Assembly (NCBI GenBank): GCA_964604655.1
Contig: CAZRZY010000004.1
Location: 11,656-75,655 of the forward strand
Direction: 5' to 3'
Source: an uncultured Bacteroides sp.
GTDB taxonomy: Bacteria; Bacteroidota; Bacteroidia; Bacteroidales; GCA-2748055
DNA: 64,000 bases
Shown here in pieces: positions 8,858-21,400 of this stretch. The notes under the pieces were generated by a model. The model was not told the DNA's origin. It worked only from the letters and a program-made list of their open reading frames with translations, and did no database searches. Made by a program: the position numbers and the translations under genes. The stretch's first letter is position 1; each line of letters opens with the position of its first letter.

Positions 8858-9720
8858 GTGATGTGCTGGTCACCGGAGCCAATGGTCAGCTGGGCCGGGA
8901 AATAAAAAAAATCAGAAACAGGTTTTCCCAGCGGTATTCATTTACGGATGTGGAAGAGCTTGACCTGACCAAACTGGAAGCACTGGTTCCATATCTGGAA
9001 AAACATCCGGTCCGCTATATCATTAACTGTGCAGCCTACACCGATGTGGATGGGGCCGAATCGGATACGGAACAGGCCATGAGACTGAACCGCGACATTC
9101 CCGCAAATCTGAATCTACTCCTTGAGAAGGATCCACAGCTGAAACTGATCCACCTCTCCACCGATTACGTATTCGAGGGCAAAGTGAACCGGCCCCTGCG
9201 TGAGGATGATCCCACAGGGCCCCTGGGGGTGTACGGGGAGACCAAACTAAAGGGGGAAGAAATCCTGACAGGGCATCCGCGGGTGATGATCATCCGAACT
9301 TCCTGGCTTTACAGTGTTTTTGGCAGAAATTTTGTAAAGAGCATGGTCAACAGGATGGACCAGCGAACAGACCTGAGAGTAGTTTACGACCAGGTAGGCA
9401 CTCCCACCTATGCCGAGGACCTGGCCAGTGCCATCATGCAGATCATCTCCGAGGTGGAGGAGCAGCATACTCCTTTCATTCCGGGGTTATTTCACTATTC
9501 CAATGAAGGAGTTTGCAGCTGGTACGATCTGGCCATGGAGATCTGCAGACTGATCAACTGCAAGAGCCAGATCAGTCCTGTCGAGACCCGTGAATATCCC
9601 CTGCCGGCCAGGCGGCCCGCCTATTCAGTCCTCAACAAATCAAGAATTAAGGAGGTATATAACCTGGAGATCCCTCATTGGCGGGATAGCCTGGAACGAT
9701 GCATCAAAAACCTGCTATAA
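8854..9720 (+). CDS. rfbD: dTDP-4-dehydrorhamnose reductase
   Basis: VLVTGANGQLG, INCAAYT.VD.AE, STDYVF.G and YG.TKL.GE are the RmlD signature. The start overlaps the rfbC stop by 4 nt. Confidence 0.93.
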   Translation: MSDVLVTGANGQLGREIKKIRNRFSQRYSFTDVEELDLTKLEALVPYLEKHPVRYIINCAAYTDVDGAESDTEQAMRLNRDIPANLNLLLEKDPQLKLIHLSTDYVFEGKVNRPLREDDPTGPLGVYGETKLKGEEILTGHPRVMIIRTSWLYSVFGRNFVKSMVNRMDQRTDLRVVYDQVGTPTYAEDLASAIMQIISEVEEQHTPFIPGLFHYSNEGVCSWYDLAMEICRLINCKSQISPVETREYPLPARRPAYSVLNKSRIKEVYNLEIPHWRDSLERCIKNLL

Positions 9721-9749
9721 CCTTTGAATAAAAAACAATCAGGTAACTA

Positions 9750-11492
9750 ATGGAAAAGAAGGAGTTATTGAAGACTGTCAGACAAAAGGCAGAAAACTGG
9801 CTGAAGAGTCCGATAGATGAAACCTCCCGGGAGGAAATCGCTCGAATGATAGAGGAAGATGAGAATCAGCTGATCGAATGCTTTTACAAAGATCTGGAGT
9901 TTGGTACCGGGGGACTCCGCGGGATCATGGGAGTTGGAACCAACCGAATGAATATTTACACAGTGGGGATAGCCACACAGGGACTCTGCAACTATCTGCT
10001 TCAACAATTCAGCGACCGGGAGGAGATCGGAGTGGTGGTGGCCCATGACTGCAGAAACAATAGCCCGCTGTTCGCCGAGATTACCGCCCAGATCTGCGTG
10101 GCCAATGGTATCCAGGCATATCTCTTCGACGAACTGCGTCCTACACCAGAGTTGAGTTTTGCCATACGGAGTCTTGATTGCCAGAGCGGCGTGATGGTCA
10201 CTGCATCCCACAACCCTAAAGAGTACAACGGATATAAAGTATACTGGGAGGATGGCGGTCAGATCATTCAGCCCCATGACGTCAACATCATCTCCGAGGT
10301 CCAGAAGATCAAATCCATTGGTGAAGTGAAGTTTGACGGGAACAAAGATGCCATACGCAGGCTGGGAGAGGAGATGGACCATCGCTATCTGGATGAAGTA
10401 GCCAGGCAGTCCCTGAATCCGGAGATTATCCGGGACCACTCTGACCTGAAAATCGTATATACCCCCATTCACGGAACCGGGGTCAGGTTGATCCCGATGG
10501 CCCTTAAGCGATTCGGATTCAAGCAGATATATAATGTTCCGGAGCAGGAAGTAGTCGACGGCAACTTCCCTACGGTGGTTTCCCCGAACCCGGAAGAGAC
10601 AGCCGCCCTCGACCTGGCCCTGAAAAAGGCCGATGAGGTGGGAGCCGACCTGGTCATGGCCACTGATCCTGACGGCGACCGTGTAGGGATCGCCGTCCGG
10701 GATGACCATGGAAAACTGATATTGCTGAACGGAAACCAGTCAGCGGCCCTGCTCACCTATTACCTGCTCTCTCAGTGGGAAGCGAGGGGAAAGCTCAGAG
10801 GTCGCGAGTATATTGCCAAAACCATCGTTACGACCGAACTGATGGCCGAAATGGCTGCTCATTATCAGGTGCCCTGCTTCGACGTTCTCACCGGCTTCAA
10901 ATATATCGCCGGTATTATTCGCCAAAAGGAGAGGGAAATGACCTTTATCGGTGGCGGGGAAGAGAGCTATGGTTTCATGATTGGCGATTTTGTGAGGGAT
11001 AAAGATGCAGTAACTTCCTGCGCCATGATAGCTGAACTGGCAGCCTGGGCGAAAAGCCAGGGAAAAAGCGTCTATGAGCTGCTTCTGCAGATCTATTTGG
11101 ATTTCTCTTTTCACCTGGAAAAATTGATCAACGTCGTCAGAAAAGGAAGGTCTGGTGAGGAGGAGATTCAGCAGATGATGAGCGGTTTCAGAAAAAGCCC
11201 TCCTGCCGCGGTCAACCAATCGAGGGTAGTGACCATCCATGACTACCTGGATCAGACGAGCCTCGACTGCAGGACCGGAGCCCGTAAACCGATCGATCTC
11301 CCTCGCTCCGATGTGCTTCAGTTCCTTCTGGAGGACGGTAGCAAGATCTCCATCAGACCATCGGGCACAGAACCGAAGATCAAATTCTACTTCAGCGTGG
11401 CAGAAAAACTGGAAAAGCGGGAAGCGTTCAAACAGGTCAGCCGGCTACTTGCCGACCGCATCGAAAAACAGAAACTGGATTTGAAATTATAA
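9750..11492 (+). CDS. Phosphoglucomutase/phosphomannomutase family phospho-sugar mutase (PgcA-like, 580 aa)
   Basis: The active-site loop is [15 protein letters not shown], the metal-binding motif is DPDGDR, and the sugar-binding region is GGEESYG. The length is typical of the long PgcA-type enzymes. Confidence 0.9.
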   Translation: MEKKELLKTVRQKAENWLKSPIDETSREEIARMIEEDENQLIECFYKDLEFGTGGLRGIMGVGTNRMNIYTVGIATQGLCNYLLQQFSDREEIGVVVAHDCRNNSPLFAEITAQICVANGIQAYLFDELRPTPELSFAIRSLDCQSGVMVTASHNPKEYNGYKVYWEDGGQIIQPHDVNIISEVQKIKSIGEVKFDGNKDAIRRLGEEMDHRYLDEVARQSLNPEIIRDHSDLKIVYTPIHGTGVRLIPMALKRFGFKQIYNVPEQEVVDGNFPTVVSPNPEETAALDLALKKADEVGADLVMATDPDGDRVGIAVRDDHGKLILLNGNQSAALLTYYLLSQWEARGKLRGREYIAKTIVTTELMAEMAAHYQVPCFDVLTGFKYIAGIIRQKEREMTFIGGGEESYGFMIGDFVRDKDAVTSCAMIAELAAWAKSQGKSVYELLLQIYLDFSFHLEKLINVVRKGRSGEEEIQQMMSGFRKSPPAAVNQSRVVTIHDYLDQTSLDCRTGARKPIDLPRSDVLQFLLEDGSKISIRPSGTEPKIKFYFSVAEKLEKREAFKQVSRLLADRIEKQKLDLKL

Positions 11493-11503
11493 AGAGGACG
11501 TCT

Positions 11504-11920
11504 ATGAAATCCTACAAAAAAGAACTCTGGTTCGAAGTCAGGCAAAGGCGCGAGCTGATCAACATCACCCCAAAGGTACAGGAGTGCCTGGCCGAGAGCG
11601 GTATCAAGGAAGGCCTTCTACTTTGTAACGCTATGCATATATCGGCTTCCGTATTTATCAATGATGATGAGTCGGGTCTGCACCACGATTTTGAGGTCTG
11701 GCTGGAAAAGCTGGCCCCGGAAAAACCCTATGACCAGTACCAGCACAATGGCTACGAGGATAATGCGGATGCCCATCTGAAAAGGACCATCATGGGCCGG
11801 GAGGTGGTGGTGGCTATCACCGGGGGAAAACTTGATTTCGGCCCCTGGGAGCAGATCTTCTACGGCGAATTCGACGGAAAGCGGCGTAAAAGAGTGCTGG
11901 TGAAGATCATCGGGGAATAA
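11504..11920 (+). CDS. yjbQ: YjbQ/UPF0047 family protein (secondary thiamine-phosphate synthase-like)
   Basis: 138 aa. HISASV.IN..ES....D.......L.P, Y.H.....DNA.AHLK and G.WQ/EQI...EFDG.R.R match the YjbQ family pattern. Confidence 0.8.
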   Translation: MKSYKKELWFEVRQRRELINITPKVQECLAESGIKEGLLLCNAMHISASVFINDDESGLHHDFEVWLEKLAPEKPYDQYQHNGYEDNADAHLKRTIMGREVVVAITGGKLDFGPWEQIFYGEFDGKRRKRVLVKIIGE

Positions 11921-13322
11921 ACTGCCTGGCCGGATTCACCATCCAAAGCCGATCGGTGGCCCTGGTGAAAGCGGTATATAGCCAGCGGAGATAGTCTATC
12001 GTAAGCATCTCGTCAGTAAAGTAACCCTGGTCCAGAAATACCGATTTCCACTGGCCCCCCTGTGCCTTGTGACAGGTAACAGCGTAAGCAAATTTCACCT
12101 GCAGGGCATTGTAATAGGGATCCTGCGCTATTTTTCCGGCCTTCTCCCGCCTGCCGGTCACCCCGGGATAGTCTTCTTCCACTGAAGTATAGAGATTTCT
12201 CTGTTGCTCATGGGTCATGGAGGGGCCCTCCAAATCGATCACATCAAGAAGCACCTTCACTTCCAGTTCTGTCAGATGATAATCAGGCAGGCTGATGGTC
12301 AGATTTGCAAAACGGTGTCCGTGGATCTCCTCGGTGCGGCGGACTCTTTCCACCTTCACTGTATCCCCGTTGGCGATAAAATCGATCCGGTGATCATCAT
12401 CCTTCCAAAAGTAGTTATTCTTCACCACCATCAACAGATCACCGGCACAAAGCTGGTCTTCCCGCCAGAGGATCTGATTGCGGATGGCAGCATTAAAACG
12501 GTTGGCCCGCTTATTGGAACGTGTTATCACCATGGTCTCCGCCAGCCCATATTGTTCATACGAGCGACTGATCTGTTCCAGGACTTCCTCCCCTGTTATC
12601 GCATCGATGTCTTCGAATGAATGGAAACGCAGGTCCGGATAGGCGGCCTTCTGCGCGGTGATCAGCGACCGGATCGAAGTGGCATTGACGAGAATTCCGG
12701 ATTGCGTGGACTGCCGGACCACGTCAGTCAGCTCAATCTCCCTGACCCGGTAGCCGAATGCCTCCAGCCGCTCCCTGTTTAGCGCCGGGCTGACATCCAG
12801 ACCGACCGGAGGAAGCTGGGCTGTATCTCCTGCCAGCAAAAGCCTGCAGCGGGTACCCGCCTCCACATAGTCGAGCATGTCACGAAGCAGGTCGCCGGTC
12901 CCAAACAGAGATTCCGGGGAACGGTCTCCGATCATGGAGGCTTCATCGACGATGAAAAGGGTATTTGTATGCAGGTTACGGTCCAGAACGAATTCACCCA
13001 GGCCGTCCCTGCCCGATTTCTGACGGTATATTTTTTTATGGACGGTCCAGGCCGAACGTCCGGTGTATGCGCTCAGGACTTTGGCTGCCCTGCCCGTAGG
13101 AGCAAGCAACTGATACTTCTGTCCAGAATTGGCCAGGGTTTTTACCAGGCTGTTCAGGAGCGTGGTTTTTCCTGTTCCTGCATAACCCTTTACAAGCATG
13201 ATCTCCCCCGGATCATCATCCGCCAGGAAAGCTGCCAGGTCCGTGATGAGTTTCTCCTGGCCCGGAGTGGGCAGAAAAGCAAGATTTTCAAGCAATTTGG
13301 AGGTCAGGAAATTTTGTAACAT
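11907..13322 (-). CDS. RecD-like superfamily-1 DNA helicase (AAA_30 / UvrD_C_2 type)
   Basis: Walker A is GYAGTGKTT, Walker B-like is LFIVDEASM, then LAGD.AQLPPV. The C-terminal motif is [14 protein letters not shown], typical of RecD/TraA/Dda-like helicases. The 3' end overlaps yjbQ convergently by 14 nt. Confidence 0.85.
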   Translation of the reverse strand: MLQNFLTSKLLENLAFLPTPGQEKLITDLAAFLADDDPGEIMLVKGYAGTGKTTLLNSLVKTLANSGQKYQLLAPTGRAAKVLSAYTGRSAWTVHKKIYRQKSGRDGLGEFVLDRNLHTNTLFIVDEASMIGDRSPESLFGTGDLLRDMLDYVEAGTRCRLLLAGDTAQLPPVGLDVSPALNRERLEAFGYRVREIELTDVVRQSTQSGILVNATSIRSLITAQKAAYPDLRFHSFEDIDAITGEEVLEQISRSYEQYGLAETMVITRSNKRANRFNAAIRNQILWREDQLCAGDLLMVVKNNYFWKDDDHRIDFIANGDTVKVERVRRTEEIHGHRFANLTISLPDYHLTELEVKVLLDVIDLEGPSMTHEQQRNLYTSVEEDYPGVTGRREKAGKIAQDPYYNALQVKFAYAVTCHKAQGGQWKSVFLDQGYFTDEMLTIDYLRWLYTAFTRATDRLWMVNPARQFIPR

Positions 13323-13368
13323 CGGATTGAATTAACGCGCTTAAAAATATATAATTTATTTTTTTTGC

Positions 13369-13376
13369 TAAATTTG
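13369..13376 (+). promoter_or_regulatory. Candidate -7 promoter box (TAAATTTG) for the 13403 gene
   Basis: A perfect TAnnTTTG sits 26 nt upstream of the ATG at 13403, in an AT-rich divergent intergenic region. No well-spaced -33 TTG is present, so support is weak. Confidence 0.3.
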
Positions 13377-13402
13377 TTCGCAAACCTCTAAACCCATACC
13401 CC

Positions 13403-14038
13403 ATGAGAAGAGTAATCCAGGTTCTGTTTGTTCTCATAATCGTCATTTTGGGATACCTGATTGTGGAAAGTATCATGGAGCCTATCCGCTTTAACCAGAG
13501 GGTAGAAACAAGAGAAAGAGCCACCATCGACAGGCTGATCGATATTCGGGAGGCGCAAAAAGCCTACAAGGATATTTACAGACGATATACCGGCAGTTTT
13601 GACACGCTGATCAGTTTTCTCCACACCGACTCCTTTGCTGTGGTAAAAGCTATCGGGGAGATCCCGGAAGAGTGGCTGGAAGAGCTAGGTTTTGAAGCAG
13701 CCAGAGAGCGCGCGATCGATGAAGGTGTCATCACCCGTGAAACCACCAAAATCCCTGTTATCGATTCACTTTTCGGGCGTGGATTTGCAGTGGATTCACT
13801 CCGGTATGTCCCCTATACCGAGGATGTTGTATTCGATATGGAGTCCAGTGAGTTCCTTACCTCCTCCAATCTGCTGGTTCAGGTGGTCGAAGTATCGGTT
13901 CAATATGACGACCTCCTGAATGGCCTCGATAAACAGCTGGTTGTTAACTATAAGGACGAACGAAACAAAATCGTCGGATTCGAAGGCCTGAAGTTTGGTT
14001 CCCTGGAGGAGGGGACCCTCACCGGCAACTGGGAATAG
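13403..14038 (+). CDS. Hypothetical protein with an N-terminal transmembrane anchor
   Basis: 211-aa ORF with an N-terminal hydrophobic helix (VIQVLFVLIIVILGYLIV). I recognise no catalytic motif. It forms a compact gene string with the next two genes. Confidence 0.7.
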   Translation: MRRVIQVLFVLIIVILGYLIVESIMEPIRFNQRVETRERATIDRLIDIREAQKAYKDIYRRYTGSFDTLISFLHTDSFAVVKAIGEIPEEWLEELGFEAARERAIDEGVITRETTKIPVIDSLFGRGFAVDSLRYVPYTEDVVFDMESSEFLTSSNLLVQVVEVSVQYDDLLNGLDKQLVVNYKDERNKIVGFEGLKFGSLEEGTLTGNWE

Positions 14039-14050
14039 TCCCGCTTACGG

Positions 14051-14884
14051 ATGCAGGCAGATAGTATTATATCCGATACTATTTCAGAGGAGATCAGAAA
14101 AAACGGCCATCGTTCCATCCGGTTTTCCCCGAATGGTTTTTCACTGCTCATTTCCGATGCCGGTTACAGACCTGTCTTTCTGAGAAGGTACTCCCTTGAC
14201 AGGGAAGTGCCCCGACATCTTTATCCTGCAGAGTGTAAAAGAGTCCTGGAGGAGATGGACCTGATAAAATTTGAGGGGGAAACAGTTTTCGTTACGGATA
14301 CCGGGTCCCTGACACTGGTGCCGGGACAGTTTACCGACGCATCCCAATCAAGGGAATTGCTGGATAAAGCAGCATTGCTCGATCCTTCTGATATGATCCT
14401 GCAAAGAACCATCAGAGGAAGAGATTTGATCCTTCTGTATGCAGTTTCTGATGTCCTTCACGCATTCAGTCAGGAACTCAGCTCATCTGGCAGGATCATC
14501 TCATCCTCAGAGTGTCTGGTCTCCCTTTCGGATCAGGTAAAGGCCAGTGATCATCAGCGGGGATTCCTGATGGCCGAGGTACAGCATCAGACGCTGGATT
14601 TGCTTGCGATCAGGGAGGATCAGATCCAGCTGTTGAACAGATATGATCTGAAGGATCCATCCGATTTCATTTATCACACACTCAACACAGCCCGGCAGCT
14701 GGAAATGGACAGGGAAACCATACCCGTGTACCTTTCAGGGATTGTTCACGAGGAGCATGAACTTTTTGGTTTACTGGGAAAATATATCCGTCAGGTCAAA
14801 ACGACACCCTATTATCTGGAAGAGCTTTCACGACCCATGATTCTCCAGTACATGCTGCTTTCGGAGGGGAGCAAGTGCGCATAA
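14051..14884 (+). CDS. DUF3822-family protein
   Basis: 277-aa ORF. The early segment SIRFSPNGFSLLISD matches my memory of the DUF3822 N-terminal signature. Its position directly upstream of rsmD is the usual Bacteroidota arrangement. The family name is from memory and has not been searched. Confidence 0.6.
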   Translation: MQADSIISDTISEEIRKNGHRSIRFSPNGFSLLISDAGYRPVFLRRYSLDREVPRHLYPAECKRVLEEMDLIKFEGETVFVTDTGSLTLVPGQFTDASQSRELLDKAALLDPSDMILQRTIRGRDLILLYAVSDVLHAFSQELSSSGRIISSSECLVSLSDQVKASDHQRGFLMAEVQHQTLDLLAIREDQIQLLNRYDLKDPSDFIYHTLNTARQLEMDRETIPVYLSGIVHEEHELFGLLGKYIRQVKTTPYYLEELSRPMILQYMLLSEGSKCA

Positions 14885-15429
14885 TCAGCGGGAAATACAG
14901 GGGAAAAAAGCTGCACCCCCCAAAAAATTTAAGAGCCAGACCTACCACCGATCTGGCAAAGGAAAGCCTATTCAACATTCTGGTTCATCAGCTCGACCTG
15001 GAGGAGCTGCAGGTGCTGGATCTGTTCGCCGGCACCGGCAGCATTTCCTATGAGTTTGCCTCACGGGGGGTTAGGGAAGTGGTCAGCGTTGAAAAGGATC
15101 CTTTCCATTTCAGGTATATCCGCCAAACCTGCCTGGAGATGGAAATGGAACAGGTACATGTTATCCAGGAGGATGCTTTCCGGTACCTGCAAAATCCTTA
15201 CCAGTCTTTCGACCTGGTATTTGCCGACCCTCCGTATGACCATCCAAGGCTGGGAGAACTACCCGGATTGGTGCTCACCAGCGGCGTTCTCGAACCAGAC
15301 GGTGTATTCATTCTGGAGCACCCCGCCGCCATTTCCTTCCGGTCCCATCCCCTGTTTTTCCATCACCGGAAATACGGGAACGTCAATTTTTCCATGTTTG
15401 GATCGGATCAAACTTCCCTGAGGGTGTAA
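14875..15429 (+). CDS. rsmD: 16S rRNA (guanine966-N2)-methyltransferase
   Basis: MRIISGKYRGKKL, RPTTD..KE.LFNIL, DLFAGTGS...E..SRG and VF.DPPY are the canonical RsmD motifs. The start is GTG at 14875 and overlaps the upstream stop by 10 nt. Confidence 0.9.
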   Translation: MRIISGKYRGKKLHPPKNLRARPTTDLAKESLFNILVHQLDLEELQVLDLFAGTGSISYEFASRGVREVVSVEKDPFHFRYIRQTCLEMEMEQVHVIQEDAFRYLQNPYQSFDLVFADPPYDHPRLGELPGLVLTSGVLEPDGVFILEHPAAISFRSHPLFFHHRKYGNVNFSMFGSDQTSLRV

Positions 15430-15441
15430 CCTCTGGATCGA

Positions 15442-18400
15442 TTAATCGATTTTTATCAGTTTTGCCAGCCCTTTCACGCTACCCTCCTCGTACCAGCGGA
15501 TCACGTAGAAACCACGTTGCAATGGTGCAATGTCCATCTGGATGACCTGATATCCCGGGGGCAGATATTGCTGGAGGGCCAGCCGGCCGTTCATATCGAT
15601 GATCTCCAGTCGCCCTTCGCCCGCCTGATCTCTTCCCAGATTCACATTCACCAGCGATCTGGCTGGATTGGGGTAGATATGCAGTTCACCGGGGCCTTCC
15701 GTCCTCTCAGGAGTACCTACCTGCGGGGACTTGTATTTCACATCTGCCTGGAGGATCTGTTTGGTGGTCCGGTCCTGGACAAAGGCCACAACGGCCAGGT
15801 CCTCTTCATCCTCCACATACGGCTGGAAAAGCCAGGATTCGGTCTGTGACACGCTGTTGCCTTTCACCCAATTATTGCCCAGCAGTTTCCCGGCAGGTGT
15901 GGGAAGCATATCGAGAACCACATTCCTGAACAGGGTATCCCCGTTCAATCCGGCATAGGCGGTTACCGAGGTCTCGAAGATCACCACGTAAAGCTGAATG
16001 TTCTCTTCATAACTGTCCACATTGCAGGTAACCGTGGCGGTGGTTTCCAAAAGTCCCTCCAGCCAGTTCACTTCCAGTTCTACATCAAACAAGGGCTCCT
16101 GGAGCGTCAGCCACATGGCACTCTCCATACTCGGGGTGGTCTTCAGTCCGGAGAAATCGTAACGGTACTCCTCACTGATACCCCCATCCAGGACCGCATA
16201 AGGCACCTGGGGTATGCCATAATTGAAGGATCGGGTGGAAGCTGCCACCGGATTGTTCTCGTTCATGGGATCAAATCCGGGATAGTCCATATGATATTGT
16301 ATATGGACCACATCCCCCGAGCTTCCGGAACCAAATTGATCGATCACATCATCAGCCGCCTTTGAAGCAGGATCAGATGAATTGGTAAAGTGTTCCAGTA
16401 CGGCGCGCTTGGATCGTTCGGCCACCAGAAGGTTATCAAAGGCAAAGCCTTGGTTGCCATTGGTTTCTTCCCCCTTCATGGTCAGTGCAATCCTGAATAT
16501 GACATAGGGGCTGTCGGCAATATCATCCAGGTTATGGGCTGCGGTCACCCAATCCTCATCCGGGTTGAAAACATCCCAGCCCCATCCGTCGGTGGATCCA
16601 TCCGGCAGAGAAACATTGTCATTGTTATACCATCCAATGCCGGTGGATTCCGAACCAACCGTCTTCCAGCCCTCCTCCAGCTGGTCCATATACTGAAGTA
16701 CCGCACCATTGCCCGAGGCAAAGCTTTTCATAATCTCCATTTTGATCATGGGCCGGTCCATGGCGGACAGGTCATAACAGGGACTCTGAAGCCATGAGTA
16801 CTCCTCGTAGGTCACCCCGGCATCCTGGAGGTCTGTATACCAGGCTTTATCTCCGGATGTGGATGAGAATCCATCCCAATCGGGTTCGTCCCAGGTCCAG
16901 CTCGATTCCATTTTATCAGGTCTGGGGCTCCATTGACCCATATCCTCGTTAAAAGACTCGGTAAACCCGTCGGGGCTTGCCACCACAGTGGGGCTTAAAC
17001 TGAGCGTTTGGACGGCGGTATCGATGCAGCCCGAGGCGCTCTCCACCCTCAATTCCACTTCGTATTCACCTGCCTGACCAAAAATAAAATTGGCTGTTTC
17101 CAGGTGAGTTTCAGAAACCACGTCACCCAGCACCAGTCCATCACTGCTTCTGAAAACAAACTTGGTTCCGGCAAGGGGTGAAAACTCCGAGGAAGAACGG
17201 TTCAGGAAGGTCGTTCCTGCCTCCCCCGCGTAACAATTGCTTTCCCATGTGAAGTCGGCCACAGGCTGATTCCCCAGCACCGTATCCATCACATTGGTGA
17301 CCACGCATCCGTTGTATGTGGTGGCGGTGAGACTAATGCTTCTGGGCCCTGGATTTGCAAAAAAGTGCGAGGGATTGATCTCAGTGCTCAGATTCTCCTC
17401 CCCGCTGCCCGGATCCCCGAAATTCCATAGCCATTTCTCTACCTGGAGTTTATCTCCGGTGGTATTGGAGAATATGACCTCTCCCCCATCGTCCGATATG
17501 CAGGTGGGGCTCAGGTCGAACCCGACCTTGGGAGCCAGACGGATGGTGATCTCCTGTTCTGCACTGGCCGAACAACCAGCATCTGTGACGGTACACACGA
17601 GGGTGATCCTGGTAGCTTTCACCGAATCGGGATAGAACATGAATCCCCCGTCAATACTGCCTGATACTCCGGGACCGGAAAAGATGCTGTTCGGTACCGT
17701 AGATGTTAACTCCACCGGAGGATCGTTCTGACAGAAAACAGTGTCAAGATCGATGATCTCAGGGATCTCCACCGAACGTACCGCAAAGGTATCCTCCAGG
17801 AAAAGCGCCACACCATCGCTGTATTCATAAACAACCACATAGGAACCTTCCGAGAGCAGAGCCGGAGAAAGCAATGCGGTGTTATCACCGTTATCGGTCA
17901 TCCCGGCCACTTCATTACCCGTCAGATCGGCCAGCGTAAAAGAACCCGTGGCACCTGCCAGATTGGAGGCAGTAATGGTTACCGGCTCGCTGTTGTTGCA
18001 GAATATAGAATCGGGTATGAAAATATCACCTTCAGCTGCCAGCACAAAAACCAGAGCACTGTCAACGCTGAGGCAGCCCGATTCGTTTTCATAGGTGTAG
18101 TAGATCTGATGGGGAGAGTTCTCCGTACCTGCCACATCGGGATAAAAGAATCCGGTGGCCGGCACCACACCGGGTCCGGTAAAAGTTCCTCCGGACGGTA
18201 CCCCCATCAGCTCAAAAGGAGGATCCTCCACATTGTATCCCGGAGCTATATTCATAATCTGCAGATCGGCTTTTTCATTAACCAGCACCTGGATGGAACC
18301 GGAGCCGGCATTGACCACGGCATTCCTGTCCCATACCGAATCCACACTGAAGGTGGTGGTCTGTGCCAGGCTGATGGGAATCTTATACTGAGGTTCATTG

Positions 18401-21400
18401 ATGAACTTATAGGAGGTGACGGTGGTCCCGTCGTTCAGGTCAAATCCCCAGGGAGCCCTGCCTGAGAGGAATACAGTCAGCTGGGCAGGTTCATCTTCAC
18501 AAACCGCGGGTGGCCCCGCCAGGGTGGCCCCTGGAAGGTCGGTATAGATCTCCAACTCATTATCGACAATGGTCGAATAGGCCGTGCTGTTGTTCCCTGC
18601 CTCGTCTGTCATGACAACACTGGCTTTCAATTCGCCCGTTGCCACCTCGTTGTCATCCTTCCCCACCATATAATTAAGAACGTAGAGCCCGGGCGTCTGT
18701 TCCACCAGGGATACTCGGGAAGAACTGATCGGCACACCATTGATCACCGTGCCGGATGCCCCGGTATATCCTTCGCCGTCCGCCGATATGACCAGCTGAA
18801 CGGTACCTCCGACTCCGACCTCTTCCTGCGAGACCTCCAGACGGGTCACAACAGGCGATTGAGCATCTATTTCCAGGTTATTGGGTTCAATAAGGGTGTA
18901 GGGCACCAGCCGAACATTGCCGGATGGCTTCACCAGTATCACCGAAGCTGCCAGTTCACCGGCCGCTACATTATCATCGCCTTCCCGAACTGTGTAGTTC
19001 AGGCGATAGTTCCCGTTGGTGAGCTCGGTGAATGTCACATTGGGTTCGGTTATGGAGATCCCATTGATGGTTGTATTGGGATGTGATGTATACCCAGTAC
19101 CATCCGCATTGATATTGAGCCTGACCACATCACCCACCTTGGCCATGGTCGCGGCTACCGTCATGGAGTTGATTACAGGGTACTTCGCATCGATGGCATC
19201 GTTGTTCTGAATGATCGGTTTGTTGTAGGGCGGATTTTGAATCGTCCCGTCGGACAGGATCAAATTGACCACTGGTATATCTGCCAGCGCAGGATAACTG
19301 TTGCCCCCCTCCACTATCGTGAAGGATGCCCTGTAAGTGGTGGCGTTCTGTCTAAGGAAATTGTTCAGGGGGTATCCTCCTATGGTTCCGGAAAGCAGAC
19401 TGTAAGGTGTTCCTGCATCGTTGGAAACCGTAAAGGTGACCGTCACCATATCCCCTATTTTCATGGTCTGGTTGGTTATCTGGACATTGAGTACCTGAAG
19501 TACCTTCTGAAAGTTCGCCCTGGCTGTGGCATCGCCAAAGGAGAGCGTCGCTGTAGTGCTCTCCAGGGTGTCATTCCCGAATGCAGCAGTCCCGTTGATC
19601 AGGTTCCAGTTCCGGAACTTATACCCTACCGGAACAGTGGTCACCTCGATGGGGTACGGTATCCCGTGCTGGACTCTGACCGGAACTGAAGGGGACACCG
19701 CTGCCCCCGGGGTTCCGTCTGTAGTCAGTGAAAGCGTATACTGCTTCAGTTCGTAGGTGGCCCTCAGTACCACATCAGTGGAAGTAAGGGTAGCGGTAGT
19801 GGCTGTCAGGGTGTCATTACCGATGGTCACATTGCCGCTGATCACCACCCATCGGGTGAATTTATACCCCGTGGGCACGTTTGCCGAAATCCCCACGGCC
19901 TGCCCGTGGGTCACGGTTACCGGTACGAACGGACTTACTGTTGCACCCGGTGTACCGTCCGTAACCAGAGTCAAGCTGTACTGCTTCTGTTCAAACAGAG
20001 CCTGAACCGTGGCATTCTCCTGGGTCAGAGTCACCGTGGTGGACTGTGCGGTGTCATTGGCTATGTTCACCCCTCCTCCATTGCTAACCATCCATTGCAT
20101 GAACTGGTAGCCCGCGGGAGTGGAGGTTACAGTAATTGCACGTGGCTGACCGTGGTCCACCTGCACCGTATTTACGGGAGAAACCGCAGCTCCGGCCGTC
20201 CCGTCTGTGATGACAGTCAGGAAATACTTCTTCCGTTCGAAGGTAGCTTCCACTACCACATCCTCCAGAGTCAGGGTGATAGTAGTAGTGGCCAGTTCCA
20301 AATTGGCCACTGCAGCTCCCTGTCCGGAGCGAATCACCCATTCTTTGAATGCATACCCTACCGGAGCGGTGGCAATAATGGTACGCGACTGACCATGCAC
20401 CACCTGAACAGGATTTGCCGGATTGACGGTGGCTCCCGGGGTTTCATCTGTCTGAACGGTAAGCTGATACTGACTCTGTACAAAAGTAGCCTGTATGGTG
20501 GCATTCCCCTGGGTCAGAGTTGCCGTCGTGGTTGGATTGGTTGGATCGTCAATGGTGGCAACGGTTCCACTGACTACGGACCAATTTAGGAACTCGTACC
20601 CCTCCGGAACGCTGGTCACCGAAATGCCGGTCTGGATCCCATGGTCCACCTGTACTGAGGAGGATGGAGAAACCGCTGAACCCGGCGTGCCATCCGTGAT
20701 CACACTGAGGGTGTACTTCTTCAGTTCAAAAGAAGCTTCCACCGTCACATCACTCTGAGTCAGAGTAACAGTGGTGGTGGCCAGATTGGAATTCGCAATG
20801 GTGGCTCCGGTCCCGGAGGTAACTTTCCATTCCGTAAAAACGTATCCGGCAGGTGCGGTAGCGATAATGGTCTGGTTTTGCCCGTGTGCCACATTGACCG
20901 GATCGGAGGGGCTCACTGTTGCCCCCGGTGTCCCATCAGTCTGCAGGGTCAACTGGTAGGTGTTCTGGCTGAAATTGGCGATAATCAGCTTGTTGTTGTC
21001 CATGATCACCGTCTCCGGATTACTGGAGGAGGTCAGATCGCCTGTCCAACCGGTAAAGGTCCAGCCTGCATTGGGGGTGGCCTGGATCTCCACATCGGTA
21101 AAACTGAGGTGGGAGGGTCCCGGGGGATTCTGGGTGGCAGAGCCCTGCCCCGAGGTGGAGAGTGTCAGCGAATAACTGTTCTGAGTGAAGGTGGCATTGA
21201 CTGTTTTGGGTCCGGTCATGATCACCTGAGTGGGATTGGAAGTGCCCGAGGCATCTCCTGACCATCCCGAAAAACTCCATCCCGGATCCGCTGATGCCGT
21301 CAGGGTGACCGTGGTATTAGAGGTGTAGCTGCCTCCTGCAGGATTAAGACTGACAGTCCCCTGGCCGGTGGAGTTGACCGTCAGCGGATAGAGGATTTCC

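Noticed and set aside
11907-13322. RecD-like helicase as part of a phage-defence or mobile element
   Set aside because: It stands alone between housekeeping genes (yjbQ, DUF3822, rsmD). No nuclease, methylase, toxin, integrase or relaxase partner is nearby. Single RecD-like SF1 helicases of this size are common core genes in Bacteroidota.
15437-15450. Perfect 14-nt palindrome ATCGATTAATCGAT in the 12-nt convergent gap between rsmD and the giant gene
   Set aside because: As RNA it can form only about a 5-bp AT-rich stem with a 4-nt loop, which is too weak for a terminator. It overlaps the giant gene's stop codon. It could equally be a chance ClaI-type site duplication.
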